NCBI GenBank assembly: GCA_035389185.1
Contig: DAOORK010000001.1
Span: 331,825-395,824 of the forward strand
Direction of reading: 5' to 3'
DNA: 64,000 bases
Source of the DNA: Candidatus Woesebacteria bacterium
Lineage (GTDB): Bacteria > Patescibacteriota > Microgenomatia > UBA1400 > MFAQ01
This document shows positions 38,600-47,276 of this stretch, one piece after another; positions within the stretch are counted from its first letter, which is position 1; every line of letters starts with the position of its first letter. The position numbers were made by a program, and so were the translations under genes. The notes below the pieces were generated by a model. The model saw only the letters and a program-made list of their open reading frames with translations. It did not search any database and was not told the origin of the DNA.

Positions 38600-38940
38600 A
38601 GTTTGAATTTTACAATTAAATAAGAAAGAAAAATCATACCGAGGGAGTCGATGGCCACATCACGAAGAAGACCGGTGCGTCCGGGAACAAATAGTTGATG
38701 AGCTTCATCTGTAAAGGCATAGGCCAAGGAAAGCATAAAAGCATAGGCTGGGGATTTTTTGTCTAAAGCACGATACCAAAGTAAGAATAAAATCGAGTAC
38801 TCAAGAACATGAGCTGTTTTTTTGATAAGAAAATCTAGAACATAGACCTCGTTTGAAGGAAGGTCGGGAAAAGAAGAGATAATAAAGATTGCAGCCATCC
38901 ATAGGAGAGCAGGGATAAATTTTGAGATTTTTTGGAGCAT
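38551..38940 (-). CDS. VanZ family membrane protein
   Basis: 129 aa with four TM helices. The KTAHVLEYSILFLL...DEAHQLFVPGRTGLLRDVAID motifs match the VanZ-like family. Confidence 0.6.
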   Translation of the reverse strand: MLQKISKFIPALLWMAAIFIISSFPDLPSNEVYVLDFLIKKTAHVLEYSILFLLWYRALDKKSPAYAFMLSLAYAFTDEAHQLFVPGRTGLLRDVAIDSLGMIFLSYLIVKFKLWKRLTSPLLTKKQEK

Positions 38941-38949
38941 TAGGATATT

Positions 38950-39783
38950 TTAATCATTTCGGTGACGAAAATATAGCCAAGATCCGGAAGTGAGTAGTAA
39001 GAACACCCCAAAGAAAAAGAAATATTTACTATTTACAGGGTTGTTTTTTCTGACCGCTGGGGAAGTAGCTTCAACAAAAATTGATGGAGATGTATCCACA
39101 ACGACTGACTCGGTGGCAATCCCTAAGACATCCGGTGTCAAAGAGGATGAAACCGACGAGATTTTTGGGGTGCTGGTTGGGGCAGGAGTAATCTTAATAG
39201 TAGCTTTTGTGGGTGTTTTTATGGGTGTAGGAGTGTTGGTAGGAGTGGGTGTCGGAGACGATGTGGGGGTCGCCGTAGGAGTGTTGGTTGAAGTTGGAGT
39301 AGGAGTTGGAGTATCAGTCGGAGTAACAACAACTTCTGAGATTTCAACTGAAAGGGTGTTGTCTGACTCTCCCGCCGAAGAAGTGCTATTGCCGGTGTAA
39401 CGTTTTAGTTTGAGAATGTATGTTCCCGGACCAAGATAATCTGAGTCGTCCGGATCGTTTGTAAAAAGAATTTTTATTTTTTGGTCGTTTTCCAGTTTAA
39501 TAAAGTTTTCAGTAATAAATTCTTTTTCCGGTGAAGAAATGTAGTTTATCCACTCCCCTTTTTGACTCCACATTTTCCCGAAATAGTGAGGATCTCCTGG
39601 AGCGGTGAGAACCGTTTGGACAAAACATGAAGAGGAAGAGGCAAGCCCACTAACAAGAGCTTCGACAGAATAGAAGCTATCACTTTTTTCGACATTGGAA
39701 ATGGTGAGAGAAATGGCGGCTGATGCCACCTTTGGAAAGACGCAAAAACACAGTAGAAACAGCACGGGCAGGATTTGTTTCAC
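38950..39783 (-). CDS. Secreted Thr/Pro-rich surface protein with C-terminal membrane anchor
   Basis: 277 aa with a signal peptide, a folded N-domain, a ~60-aa TPTxTP linker (TPTDTPTPTPTSTNTPTATPTSSPTPTPTNTPTP...) and a C-terminal hydrophobic segment with an RHRND tail. Confidence 0.55.
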   Translation of the reverse strand: MKQILPVLFLLCFCVFPKVASAAISLTISNVEKSDSFYSVEALVSGLASSSSCFVQTVLTAPGDPHYFGKMWSQKGEWINYISSPEKEFITENFIKLENDQKIKILFTNDPDDSDYLGPGTYILKLKRYTGNSTSSAGESDNTLSVEISEVVVTPTDTPTPTPTSTNTPTATPTSSPTPTPTNTPTPIKTPTKATIKITPAPTSTPKISSVSSSLTPDVLGIATESVVVDTSPSIFVEATSPAVRKNNPVNSKYFFFFGVFLLLTSGSWLYFRHRND

Positions 39784-39873
39784 TGTAATTTAATATACAG
39801 TATGTGATATAAAAAATGAGTTATATCTGCTAAATGATATAATATAGGTCTGAACTTTAAAAAGGAGGAATGA

Positions 39874-40959
39874 GTGACAAATAGATTCGATTTTTCTGTT
39901 CTTAAAAGACCAGCTGTCCCTCACAACGTGATTATCATCGGAGATTTTCTCAAAGATCTAGATGATGAACATTCGTTATGTGGAGTCGCCGGGCTAATCA
40001 AACTGGGGTTCGTGTCTTTGAAAGCAGTGGTTGCTAACTTGGCTCCTGCGGAACTAAGAGCAAGAGGAGCTAAGGGGACATTGAATACTCTCGGGTTGAC
40101 GTCGATCCCTGTTGGGGTAGGTTTACCGATAATTGAGGGAGATGTTGACCCTTATGAAGCTAATCTACCCTACCTAGCTTCTCCTGACGAAGTGATTCAT
40201 TATGGCACTATGCTGGTAAAAACTCTTAGGGAGTGTCCTGATAATTCCGTTATTCTCGTGTTGCAGTCCGCAATGACCGACGCAACTGTGTTGCTTTCTA
40301 TGTACAGGAATCTGGTGATGGATAAGGTCAAAACAGTGGCAATTATGGGAGGTGTCGAAACTGATAGAGAGAAAGTCATACTTTGCGATGACGGTATGAT
40401 GATCCCAAACAACGCCAATAATAACAGTTTTGATATGCAGTCCGCGATCTGGCTTTATAGACAGTTGCAGAGGAAAAATATACCCTTGGTGATCACTACA
40501 AGAGAAGCTGCTTATGCAGCACAAGTACCATTTAAGGCATACGATGAGTTTGAAGAAACCGGCAACCCGATTGGCGCTTGCCTTAAAAACCGTCAGTTGC
40601 CTTCGATGCAACATCTCTGGGTAGCGGCTTGTTCGCCTGCCGGATCAGAAATACGCGGAACATTGCCTGACGACAGGAATCGAGAATGGTTTGTCAGAGT
40701 GTACTGCGATGGAGTTGACCCTGAGATTGGATCTACCGACAGTATCTGGCCGTACGTCCGCTGTTTTAATCTCTACGACCCGACGAACCTGTATGCGGCG
40801 ATTCCGGAACTTAGGGAGTACTTTCTGAAACCACATATCGTTCATGTTGGCGAGACGGACCATATGATAGTAGGTCTTTCCAAACAAAATAATGGTGTCG
40901 TCAATCCTGAACAATTTTCCAAGTTTATGGTGGATATTGAGTTACTTGGATTGCAGTAG
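39874..40959 (+). CDS. Hypothetical cytoplasmic protein, weakly nucleoside-hydrolase-like (IUNH fold?), compositionally distinct
   Basis: 361 aa with a GTG start 5 nt after an AAGGAGG RBS. The N-terminal IIIGDFLKDLDDE acidic motif, a central VAIMGGVETD and NNSFDMQSAIW loosely resemble inosine-uridine nucleoside hydrolase motifs. GC content and codon choice are visibly higher than in the flanking genes. Confidence 0.3.
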   Translation: MTNRFDFSVLKRPAVPHNVIIIGDFLKDLDDEHSLCGVAGLIKLGFVSLKAVVANLAPAELRARGAKGTLNTLGLTSIPVGVGLPIIEGDVDPYEANLPYLASPDEVIHYGTMLVKTLRECPDNSVILVLQSAMTDATVLLSMYRNLVMDKVKTVAIMGGVETDREKVILCDDGMMIPNNANNNSFDMQSAIWLYRQLQRKNIPLVITTREAAYAAQVPFKAYDEFEETGNPIGACLKNRQLPSMQHLWVAACSPAGSEIRGTLPDDRNREWFVRVYCDGVDPEIGSTDSIWPYVRCFNLYDPTNLYAAIPELREYFLKPHIVHVGETDHMIVGLSKQNNGVVNPEQFSKFMVDIELLGLQ

Positions 40960-40964
40960 ATTTT

Positions 40965-40990
40965 ACCCAGCCGAAAGGCTGGGTTTTTTG
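40965..40990 (+). terminator. Rho-independent terminator (likely bidirectional, between convergent genes)
   Basis: Stem acccagcc, loop gaaa, stem ggctgggt, followed by a T6 run immediately after the stop at 40959. An A-rich stretch on the other side can serve the minus-strand gene ending at 40996. Confidence 0.75.
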
Positions 40991-40995
40991 TGATT

Positions 40996-42201
40996 TTAAT
41001 TAACCGTAACCTTATCGAAACGGAAAATTTGAGAGGTACTATATGTATCTGAAAACTTTTTATCGTAACCGTTTTCCATATAAGGATCGTTCATTATGTA
41101 GCCATCACCATTCTTTCCTTTGATGACTATAAAGTGGGTACCATAGCCAGTATTGAGTCCGGCAATAATCGGCCGGCCGGCATTGAGTTCGTTATCAACG
41201 GCATCGCTGGACATTCCTTGCTGTCTGTTTACTGTTACGCCGTTTACAGTCCAGCTGCCAGCATTCATATAAGCAGTGGAAGGGAAAAATGGATTTGTAC
41301 TTGCAGCAATATCAGATGGTTTAATATTTTTTCCATAATGAGAAGCAATCATGGCAGTTGAAGTAATTAAACAACCGACTCTTCCCACAGTTTCGCGAGA
41401 GTTACCAATAATTTGAGAGAACCATATTGAGTCTCTTTGACTGTAATAACATCCCCAACCATCACAGTGAGTCTGATTGCTTAAAGGAGTTGCTCCTGAC
41501 GTAAAACCTCTCATAGCGGCAACCAAAGCACTGGCTTGAGCTAACAATGTCTGGTATCTCTTTTCATCATTTTGGGTGAGAATTAGAACCTTTTGTTTCT
41601 CGGCTTGCTGGGCGTTAAGAGTGTTCTTCTGGGCAACAAGTTTTGCTTTTAATGCCTCAACTTCTTTTTGTTTGGCAACTTTATCTGTTTTTCTTTGATC
41701 ATAATCAAGTCTGGATTTTTCCAGCTCGGCCAGTATTAGCTGGTCTTTTGTTTTGATGGTATTTAGATACTTTACTTTATTGAAGTAGTCCCCGATTGAG
41801 TCGGAAGAAAAAATTAAATCGAATGAAGTCACACGTGTCTGTTTGTAACTCTCACGAACACGGGCTAAATAAATTTTTTCTAACTGATCCATGGAGTCAG
41901 TAACGGTTTCGAGTACCCCATCAAGAACATCAACTTCTTTTTCGAGTGTTTTTATCTGAGCTTGAGTTCGATTTATCTGAGCTTGGGCGAGGTTAATTTT
42001 GGAATTTAAAGTAGTTATTGTTTGTTTGAGAGTGGCCTGACTTGATTGATTGGCTGAGATACTCGATTCACAAGCTTTTATAAAATCATCTAGCTGGTCT
42101 GAAGAAATACTTTGGGGGTCGGCGTCACAAGTTGTGGCAAAAACATTCTTTGGGATCAAAAAAATGATGCATACCAGAAGTAGGGTGACTTTCCATTTCA
42201 T
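40996..42201 (-). CDS. Secreted coiled-coil protein with C-terminal papain-like cysteine peptidase domain (C39-like/CHAP-like); putative FtsEX-regulated peptidoglycan hydrolase (PcsB/CwlO analogue)
   Basis: 401 aa with a signal peptide, ~220 aa of Q/K/E-rich heptad-like coiled coil, then a domain with candidate catalytic Cys (VGCLITSTAMIASHYG) and His (GTHFIVIKG). It lies directly downstream of ftsX-ftsE. Confidence 0.6.
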   Translation of the reverse strand: MKWKVTLLLVCIIFLIPKNVFATTCDADPQSISSDQLDDFIKACESSISANQSSQATLKQTITTLNSKINLAQAQINRTQAQIKTLEKEVDVLDGVLETVTDSMDQLEKIYLARVRESYKQTRVTSFDLIFSSDSIGDYFNKVKYLNTIKTKDQLILAELEKSRLDYDQRKTDKVAKQKEVEALKAKLVAQKNTLNAQQAEKQKVLILTQNDEKRYQTLLAQASALVAAMRGFTSGATPLSNQTHCDGWGCYYSQRDSIWFSQIIGNSRETVGRVGCLITSTAMIASHYGKNIKPSDIAASTNPFFPSTAYMNAGSWTVNGVTVNRQQGMSSDAVDNELNAGRPIIAGLNTGYGTHFIVIKGKNGDGYIMNDPYMENGYDKKFSDTYSTSQIFRFDKVTVN

Positions 42202-43109
42202 TTTGAACGATTTACAAACCTGGTGGCTGCGAAGAGACTAGATAAGAAAGAGATTAGCAAGCCAAAGACAAGCATACCTCCAAATAAAATCAGGATGTAA
42301 GTGAAGGGTATGGGAAATGAAATTATGGAACCAATCCTGGGGGCCAAAAATGGGGTTGAGTAAAGAACAATAATAAAACACCCTAGCCAGCCTACGATGG
42401 AACCAATAAGACCATAAACGATCGACTCCTGAAGATAGGGTTTGATAATGTACATATTTTTTGCACCCATTAGCTTGAAGGTACTGATTTCAAATCTTCT
42501 TGAAGATATCTTCATGGAAATAGTCGCCATAATAGTGAGAATCGCAACGAGAGTGAGAGCAATGACTAAAGCAAGACCGCCAATTCGAATTGCATTGGTC
42601 CACTTTGTGAGCTCGGTGATAACGTCTTGGGGGTAATCGATTTCTTTATTCCCTTGGGGTGTGACGCTGACAATATCGCTTTTTTCCAAAGTGACAGCAA
42701 TCGACTTGAAGGCATCGGGATTGGTAGCGGTAATCTCGACACTAGCAGGCAAAATGTCGGCGGTAACAATACCCCAATCGGTGACTGTACCTAGTAAAAC
42801 CGGATCATTACCAACACTTTCTTTGTAGAGTTTGAGTGCGTCTTCTTTACTTATGTAAACCGCTTTTTTGACACCTTCGGTGGTGTTTAGAGAACTTATT
42901 AATCCGCCAACCTGCTCAGTTGTGTGTCCGTCTTTGAGATAAGCGATTATTTGGGGACGGGTTTCAAAGTTGTTGAGTATCTGCTGGGAAGCAACCGTGA
43001 CCAGAGAAAATATGCCGACAATAAAAATGGTAAGACTAACAATAAAAATGGCAGATAAGGCCTGATATGGAGAACGGCGAATGTTTCTGATGGCAGTTTT
43101 CATGATCAT
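42198..43109 (-). CDS. ftsX: Cell division ABC transporter permease FtsX
   Basis: 303 aa with TM1, a large extracytoplasmic loop and three C-terminal TM helices. It is coupled to ftsE. Confidence 0.8.
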   Translation of the reverse strand: MIMKTAIRNIRRSPYQALSAIFIVSLTIFIVGIFSLVTVASQQILNNFETRPQIIAYLKDGHTTEQVGGLISSLNTTEGVKKAVYISKEDALKLYKESVGNDPVLLGTVTDWGIVTADILPASVEITATNPDAFKSIAVTLEKSDIVSVTPQGNKEIDYPQDVITELTKWTNAIRIGGLALVIALTLVAILTIMATISMKISSRRFEISTFKLMGAKNMYIIKPYLQESIVYGLIGSIVGWLGCFIIVLYSTPFLAPRIGSIISFPIPFTYILILFGGMLVFGLLISFLSSLFAATRFVNRSK

Positions 43110-43110
43110 A

Positions 43111-43803
43111 TTAGTCTTTTACCTCTTTTTTATCGAGAGGATGGTCTTCCTCTTTAACTATCTTACCTTTTTGCAAATGGATATGGCGTCCTTGGTTGAG
43201 GTTGATCAAAGTGACATCGTGTGTGGCCATAATGACCGTGGTACCAGCCGAGTTTATTTTTTTGAGAAGATCAAAAATGTCTAGTGAGGTTTCTTTATCT
43301 AGGTTGCCTGTAGGTTCATCAGCAAATAAAATTTTGGGATCTCCAGCAATAGCACGAGCAATCGAAGCTCTTTGTATTTCTCCGCCGGAAAGCTGTCCCG
43401 GAAAAAGATTTTCTTTTCCTGAAAGACCAACTAATTCCAGTATGTGTTTTACTTTTTCAGGGATTTTTTCGGCTTCGTAACCAGAAATTTCAAGAGACAC
43501 AATAATATTCTCACCAACAGTTTTGTCGGGAATCATTCTGAAATCTTGGAAGGCAAAACCGATTTTGCGACGAAGTAGGGGAATATTTTGGGGTTTGATT
43601 TTGGTGAGATCTTCGCCATCAACGACAATTTTGCCTTTATCAGGTATAAGGTCATGTATAAGGAGACGACCGATCGTAGTTTTTCCTGCTCCAGATTTGC
43701 CGGTGATAATGACGAATTCTCCTGGAGACACAGAAAAATCGATGTCGTCTAGAACTACATCTCCGTTGGGATATGATTTGGTGACATGGATATAGTCGAT
43801 CAA
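43111..43803 (-). CDS. ftsE: Cell division ATP-binding protein FtsE
   Basis: 230 aa with Walker A GKSGAGKTT, ABC signature LSGGEIQR and Walker B ILFADEPTGNLD. Confidence 0.85.
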   Translation of the reverse strand: MIDYIHVTKSYPNGDVVLDDIDFSVSPGEFVIITGKSGAGKTTIGRLLIHDLIPDKGKIVVDGEDLTKIKPQNIPLLRRKIGFAFQDFRMIPDKTVGENIIVSLEISGYEAEKIPEKVKHILELVGLSGKENLFPGQLSGGEIQRASIARAIAGDPKILFADEPTGNLDKETSLDIFDLLKKINSAGTTVIMATHDVTLINLNQGRHIHLQKGKIVKEEDHPLDKKEVKD

Positions 43804-43827
43804 AATAGTTATTGTTTTGCTAACAAG

Positions 43828-44373
43828 TTACTCTGGTGCTGAGGCATTTAAAGCTTCAACTTTGGCACGGCCAACGTCCATTAGCCAACCAACTTTTTGG
43901 CCTTTGAAAGTTTCTCCCCAGATGGAAACCTGATCACCAACGAGTTGATCAAGGTCGATTGTGGAACTGGTGAGATATACGGTTTGAGATACTCCACCCG
44001 AACGAAGAAGCTTGTGAGTCCCCTCTCCGTTGTACCCACCCTTTTCCAAAACTCCAGTGGCGGAGTCTTTGAAGATTTTTTCGTCCGCCGAGCCATAAAT
44101 GTCTCCAACTTTGGCTCCAGTTGAAGGAACTTCGGCTTGAATCCCTGATAATTCGGCAGAGACGATTTTGCCTGAATTTTTGGCTTTTAGCCAAGATCCG
44201 GAATAAAAACCTACTGCAGCAATGACCAAAAAGAGAACAATTTTCAAGGGGAATTTTTTCTTGTTAGTTTTGGCAAGTGGTGCTTCCGCAGCAAAAGATG
44301 GGGTTTCGGGAGTTGAGTTGGTAACAGGAGTGGTTGATTCACCCTTGTCGAGGTCGATCATTTTTATATCCAT
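43828..44373 (-). CDS. Hypothetical membrane-anchored protein
   Basis: 181 aa with an acidic N-terminus, one TM helix and an extracytoplasmic beta-rich domain. Confidence 0.35.
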   Translation of the reverse strand: MDIKMIDLDKGESTTPVTNSTPETPSFAAEAPLAKTNKKKFPLKIVLFLVIAAVGFYSGSWLKAKNSGKIVSAELSGIQAEVPSTGAKVGDIYGSADEKIFKDSATGVLEKGGYNGEGTHKLLRSGGVSQTVYLTSSTIDLDQLVGDQVSIWGETFKGQKVGWLMDVGRAKVEALNASAPE

Positions 44374-44385
44374 GAAATTAGTTTA

Positions 44386-45495
44386 TCAAATTTGCCGCGT
44401 CGGTGCGAAGAACTTCAACTCTGCCTCGATAAATTCATCCAGATTGCCATCAAGGACCGACTCTGGATTGCCGGATTCATAGTCCGTACGTAGATCTTTA
44501 ACTAGTTTGTAGGGATGCAGAACATAAGAACGGATCTGGGTTCCCCAACTAGCTTGAGTTTGTTCTCCCTTGATTTGGTTTAACTCACTTTGACGTTTGG
44601 CTTCCTGAATTTCCCAGAGTTTGGAGCGGAGCATATCCATAGCAATTTTGCGATTTTGGACTTGATATCGCTGAGTCTGACACTCGACAACAATACCTGT
44701 GGGGAGATGTTTGATACGAACAGCAGTACTAACCTTGTTGACGTTTTGCCCACCTGCACCGCCTGAACGACTAGCTTCAAACTCGATATCTTCATCACGA
44801 ATTTCAATATCAGTATTCTCCGGAAGAATCGGGGTCACCTCAACACCAGCAAAAGAAGTCTGACGAAGTTTATCGGCATTGAAAGGTGACTGGCGAACTA
44901 AGCGGTGAGTTCCTTTTTCGTTTTTGAGGAAACCAAAAGCGAAACGCCCATGAACCATGTAAGTGACGGATTTGATACCGGCTTCGTCACCAGGCGAGTA
45001 CTCAACGGTTTCGTAGTTCCAGCCTCTTTTTTCAAAAAATCTGGTGTACATTCGAGAAAGCATACTGGCCCAGTCCATAGCTTCGGTACCCCCTTGGCCA
45101 GCTCTGATCGTCAGAATTGCCTCTGAAGGGTCGTATTTCTCGGAAAGAAAGGTGACTAGCTCGACTTTTTCGATGTGTTTTTCTAAGGTCTCTTTCAAAA
45201 TAAGAATATCGGTGTCCATAGAGTCATCTGACTGAGCTACAGCCATCTCAAAAAGCTCTACCAAGTTTTTGTATTCTGAGGTCAGCCCTTCAATCGAAGC
45301 AATCAGATCTCGAACCTCGGCAAGGCTAGACATTATTTTTTTGGCATTATCTTCGTCCTGCCAAAGTTCAGGCTTCCCCGACTCGATTTCAAGTTTTTGT
45401 TTTTCTTGTTCGAGAGAGGCAAAGTCTATCTTTTTTTGGAGATCTTCTATACGTCTTTGAAGATCGTTTAAATTAAGTTGGGTTTCGGATAGCAT
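44386..45495 (-). CDS. prfB: Peptide chain release factor 2 (single uninterrupted ORF)
   Basis: 369 aa. The SPF tripeptide (LVRQSPF) is diagnostic for RF2 as opposed to the RF1 PxT motif. A GGQ motif is present ([10 protein letters not shown]). Confidence 0.85.
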   Translation of the reverse strand: MLSETQLNLNDLQRRIEDLQKKIDFASLEQEKQKLEIESGKPELWQDEDNAKKIMSSLAEVRDLIASIEGLTSEYKNLVELFEMAVAQSDDSMDTDILILKETLEKHIEKVELVTFLSEKYDPSEAILTIRAGQGGTEAMDWASMLSRMYTRFFEKRGWNYETVEYSPGDEAGIKSVTYMVHGRFAFGFLKNEKGTHRLVRQSPFNADKLRQTSFAGVEVTPILPENTDIEIRDEDIEFEASRSGGAGGQNVNKVSTAVRIKHLPTGIVVECQTQRYQVQNRKIAMDMLRSKLWEIQEAKRQSELNQIKGEQTQASWGTQIRSYVLHPYKLVKDLRTDYESGNPESVLDGNLDEFIEAELKFFAPTRQI

Positions 45496-45568
45496 TCTTG
45501 TATTTTACAGCTTTAGAAAGCGATATACTGAAGGTATATAATCTGAGGGTTGGTATTTTTTATGTAAT

Positions 45569-46612
45569 ATGAAACTTCTAAAAATTGTAAAAAGATTCTG
45601 GCTTTTATTTCTCATCGGTTTTTTGATCGGTGGGGGTATTGTGTGGTTTTCTAGTTCTGCCAAAGCAAAAAGTAACGAAGCAAATAAGTTCACTGTTAAG
45701 AGAGAGACTTTGACTGAAGTAGTGTCTCTTTCCGGTGAGATTGACGCTGAGGAAAAAGCTTCCCTGCGTTTTCAGACGTCCGGACACTTGACTTGGGTTG
45801 GGGTAAAAGAAGGTGATTTTGTGAAAAAATACCAGTCTTTGGCATCTCTCGACAAAAAAGAACTCCAAAATAGTATGAGTAAACTTTTGAATACTTACTC
45901 GAAGTCTAGATGGGATTTTGAACAAGCCCAAGCAGACAACAAAGATTGGCAAACCGATGGTATGACAGATGAAGCTCGTGACACCGTAAAGAGAACTTTA
46001 GACAAATATCAATTTGACTTAAACAACTCAGTATTGTCGGTGGAATCCCAATCCTTGGCGATGAAGTACGCTACTTTATGGACTCCGATCGAAGGAATTG
46101 TAACCAGTGTTGAGTCTCCTTTGGCCGGACAAAATATCACTCCAGCTACCGCCACATTTGAGGTGGTAAATCCTAAAACAATATTTTTCTCTGCAACTGC
46201 AGATCAGACAGAAGTTGTTTCTTTTTCTGTTGGCATGAAGGGAAAACTCTCGCTTGACTCCTTTCCTGATACAGAACTTGTCGGCGAGATCGTTAGTGTT
46301 GGATTTGTACCCAAAACTGGAGAGTCATCGACGGTTTATGAAATAAAAATCGCCGTAGATACAACACCTATTGGAGACAAAATTAAAATGGGAATGACAG
46401 GTGACGCCGAGTTTGTTTTGAAAGAGATTAAAGACGTGTTGGTAGTTCCAGAAAGTTATATTAAAAAAGAAAATGGTAAATATTACGTGACGGTATACGA
46501 GGGGAAAATAAAGACCAAAAAAGAAATTACTATTGGGGAAACCGTCGAGGGTTTGGTAGAAATTACAGGAGGACTAAATGAAAAAGACGTCATCTATTAT
46601 CAGCCTAAGTAA
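45569..46612 (+). CDS. Efflux transporter periplasmic adaptor subunit (MacA/HlyD family membrane fusion protein)
   Basis: 347 aa with an N-terminal TM helix and a coiled-coil region plus beta-barrel domain pattern. It lies upstream of MacB-like ATPase and permease genes. Confidence 0.7.
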   Translation: MKLLKIVKRFWLLFLIGFLIGGGIVWFSSSAKAKSNEANKFTVKRETLTEVVSLSGEIDAEEKASLRFQTSGHLTWVGVKEGDFVKKYQSLASLDKKELQNSMSKLLNTYSKSRWDFEQAQADNKDWQTDGMTDEARDTVKRTLDKYQFDLNNSVLSVESQSLAMKYATLWTPIEGIVTSVESPLAGQNITPATATFEVVNPKTIFFSATADQTEVVSFSVGMKGKLSLDSFPDTELVGEIVSVGFVPKTGESSTVYEIKIAVDTTPIGDKIKMGMTGDAEFVLKEIKDVLVVPESYIKKENGKYYVTVYEGKIKTKKEITIGETVEGLVEITGGLNEKDVIYYQPK

Positions 46613-47276
46613 TATCTCTAAGGAATATGTGATGGGTGATGAATCGGTTTTTTCGGCATTGTCGGATGTTAGTTTAGAAATTCATAAAGGTGAGTATTCT
46701 GCCATTGTGGGACAGTCCGGATCCGGAAAATCAACTTTGATGCATATTATTGGACTTCTGGATAAACCAACTCGAGGGAAAATTATCATCAATGGAAAAG
46801 ACACGGCTAAATTAAGCGATGACGAAACAAGTAAAGTAAGAAATCGATTTGTGGGATTTGTTTTTCAACAGTTTAATTTATTAAACAAACAAACTATTCT
46901 CGAGAATGTTTTACTGCCGGTAATGTATTCGAGAGAAAAGCTGGATTTTGATCCAGAAAAAAGAGCTCTTGAGTTACTTGAAAAATTTGGCATTTTGTCT
47001 AAAAAAGATTCGTATCCAAATAAAATCTCTGGGGGTCAGCAACAAAGAGTCGCGATAGCGAGAGCACTAATAATGAGTCCACAGTTACTTTTGGCTGATG
47101 AACCAACGGGTAATTTGGATACAAAAACCGGTAATGAAATACTGAGACTATTTGAAGACCTCAATAAGGAAGGAATTACTGTTTTGCTCGTGACTCACGA
47201 GCCGGATATTGCAGCTAGAACAAATAGACAAATTCGAGTGATGGACGGAAAAATTGTGGAGGATAACAAAAAATGA
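46578..47276 (+). CDS. ABC transporter ATP-binding protein (MacB/LolD-like)
   Basis: 232 aa with Walker A GQSGSGKST, signature ISGGQQQRVAIARAL and Walker B LLLADEPTGNLD. Confidence 0.85.
   Translation: MKKTSSIISLSNISKEYVMGDESVFSALSDVSLEIHKGEYSAIVGQSGSGKSTLMHIIGLLDKPTRGKIIINGKDTAKLSDDETSKVRNRFVGFVFQQFNLLNKQTILENVLLPVMYSREKLDFDPEKRALELLEKFGILSKKDSYPNKISGGQQQRVAIARALIMSPQLLLADEPTGNLDTKTGNEILRLFEDLNKEGITVLLVTHEPDIAARTNRQIRVMDGKIVEDNKK

Noticed and set aside
38990-39400. 136-aa plus-strand ORF rich in GVG repeats
   Set aside because: It is antisense to the TPTPT linker of the 38950-39783 surface protein (ACN/CCN codons reversed), hence an artefact.
44386-45495. Programmed +1 frameshift site in prfB
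   Set aside because: The gene is one continuous ORF from Met to stop with no internal in-frame TGA, so no frameshift element is present.
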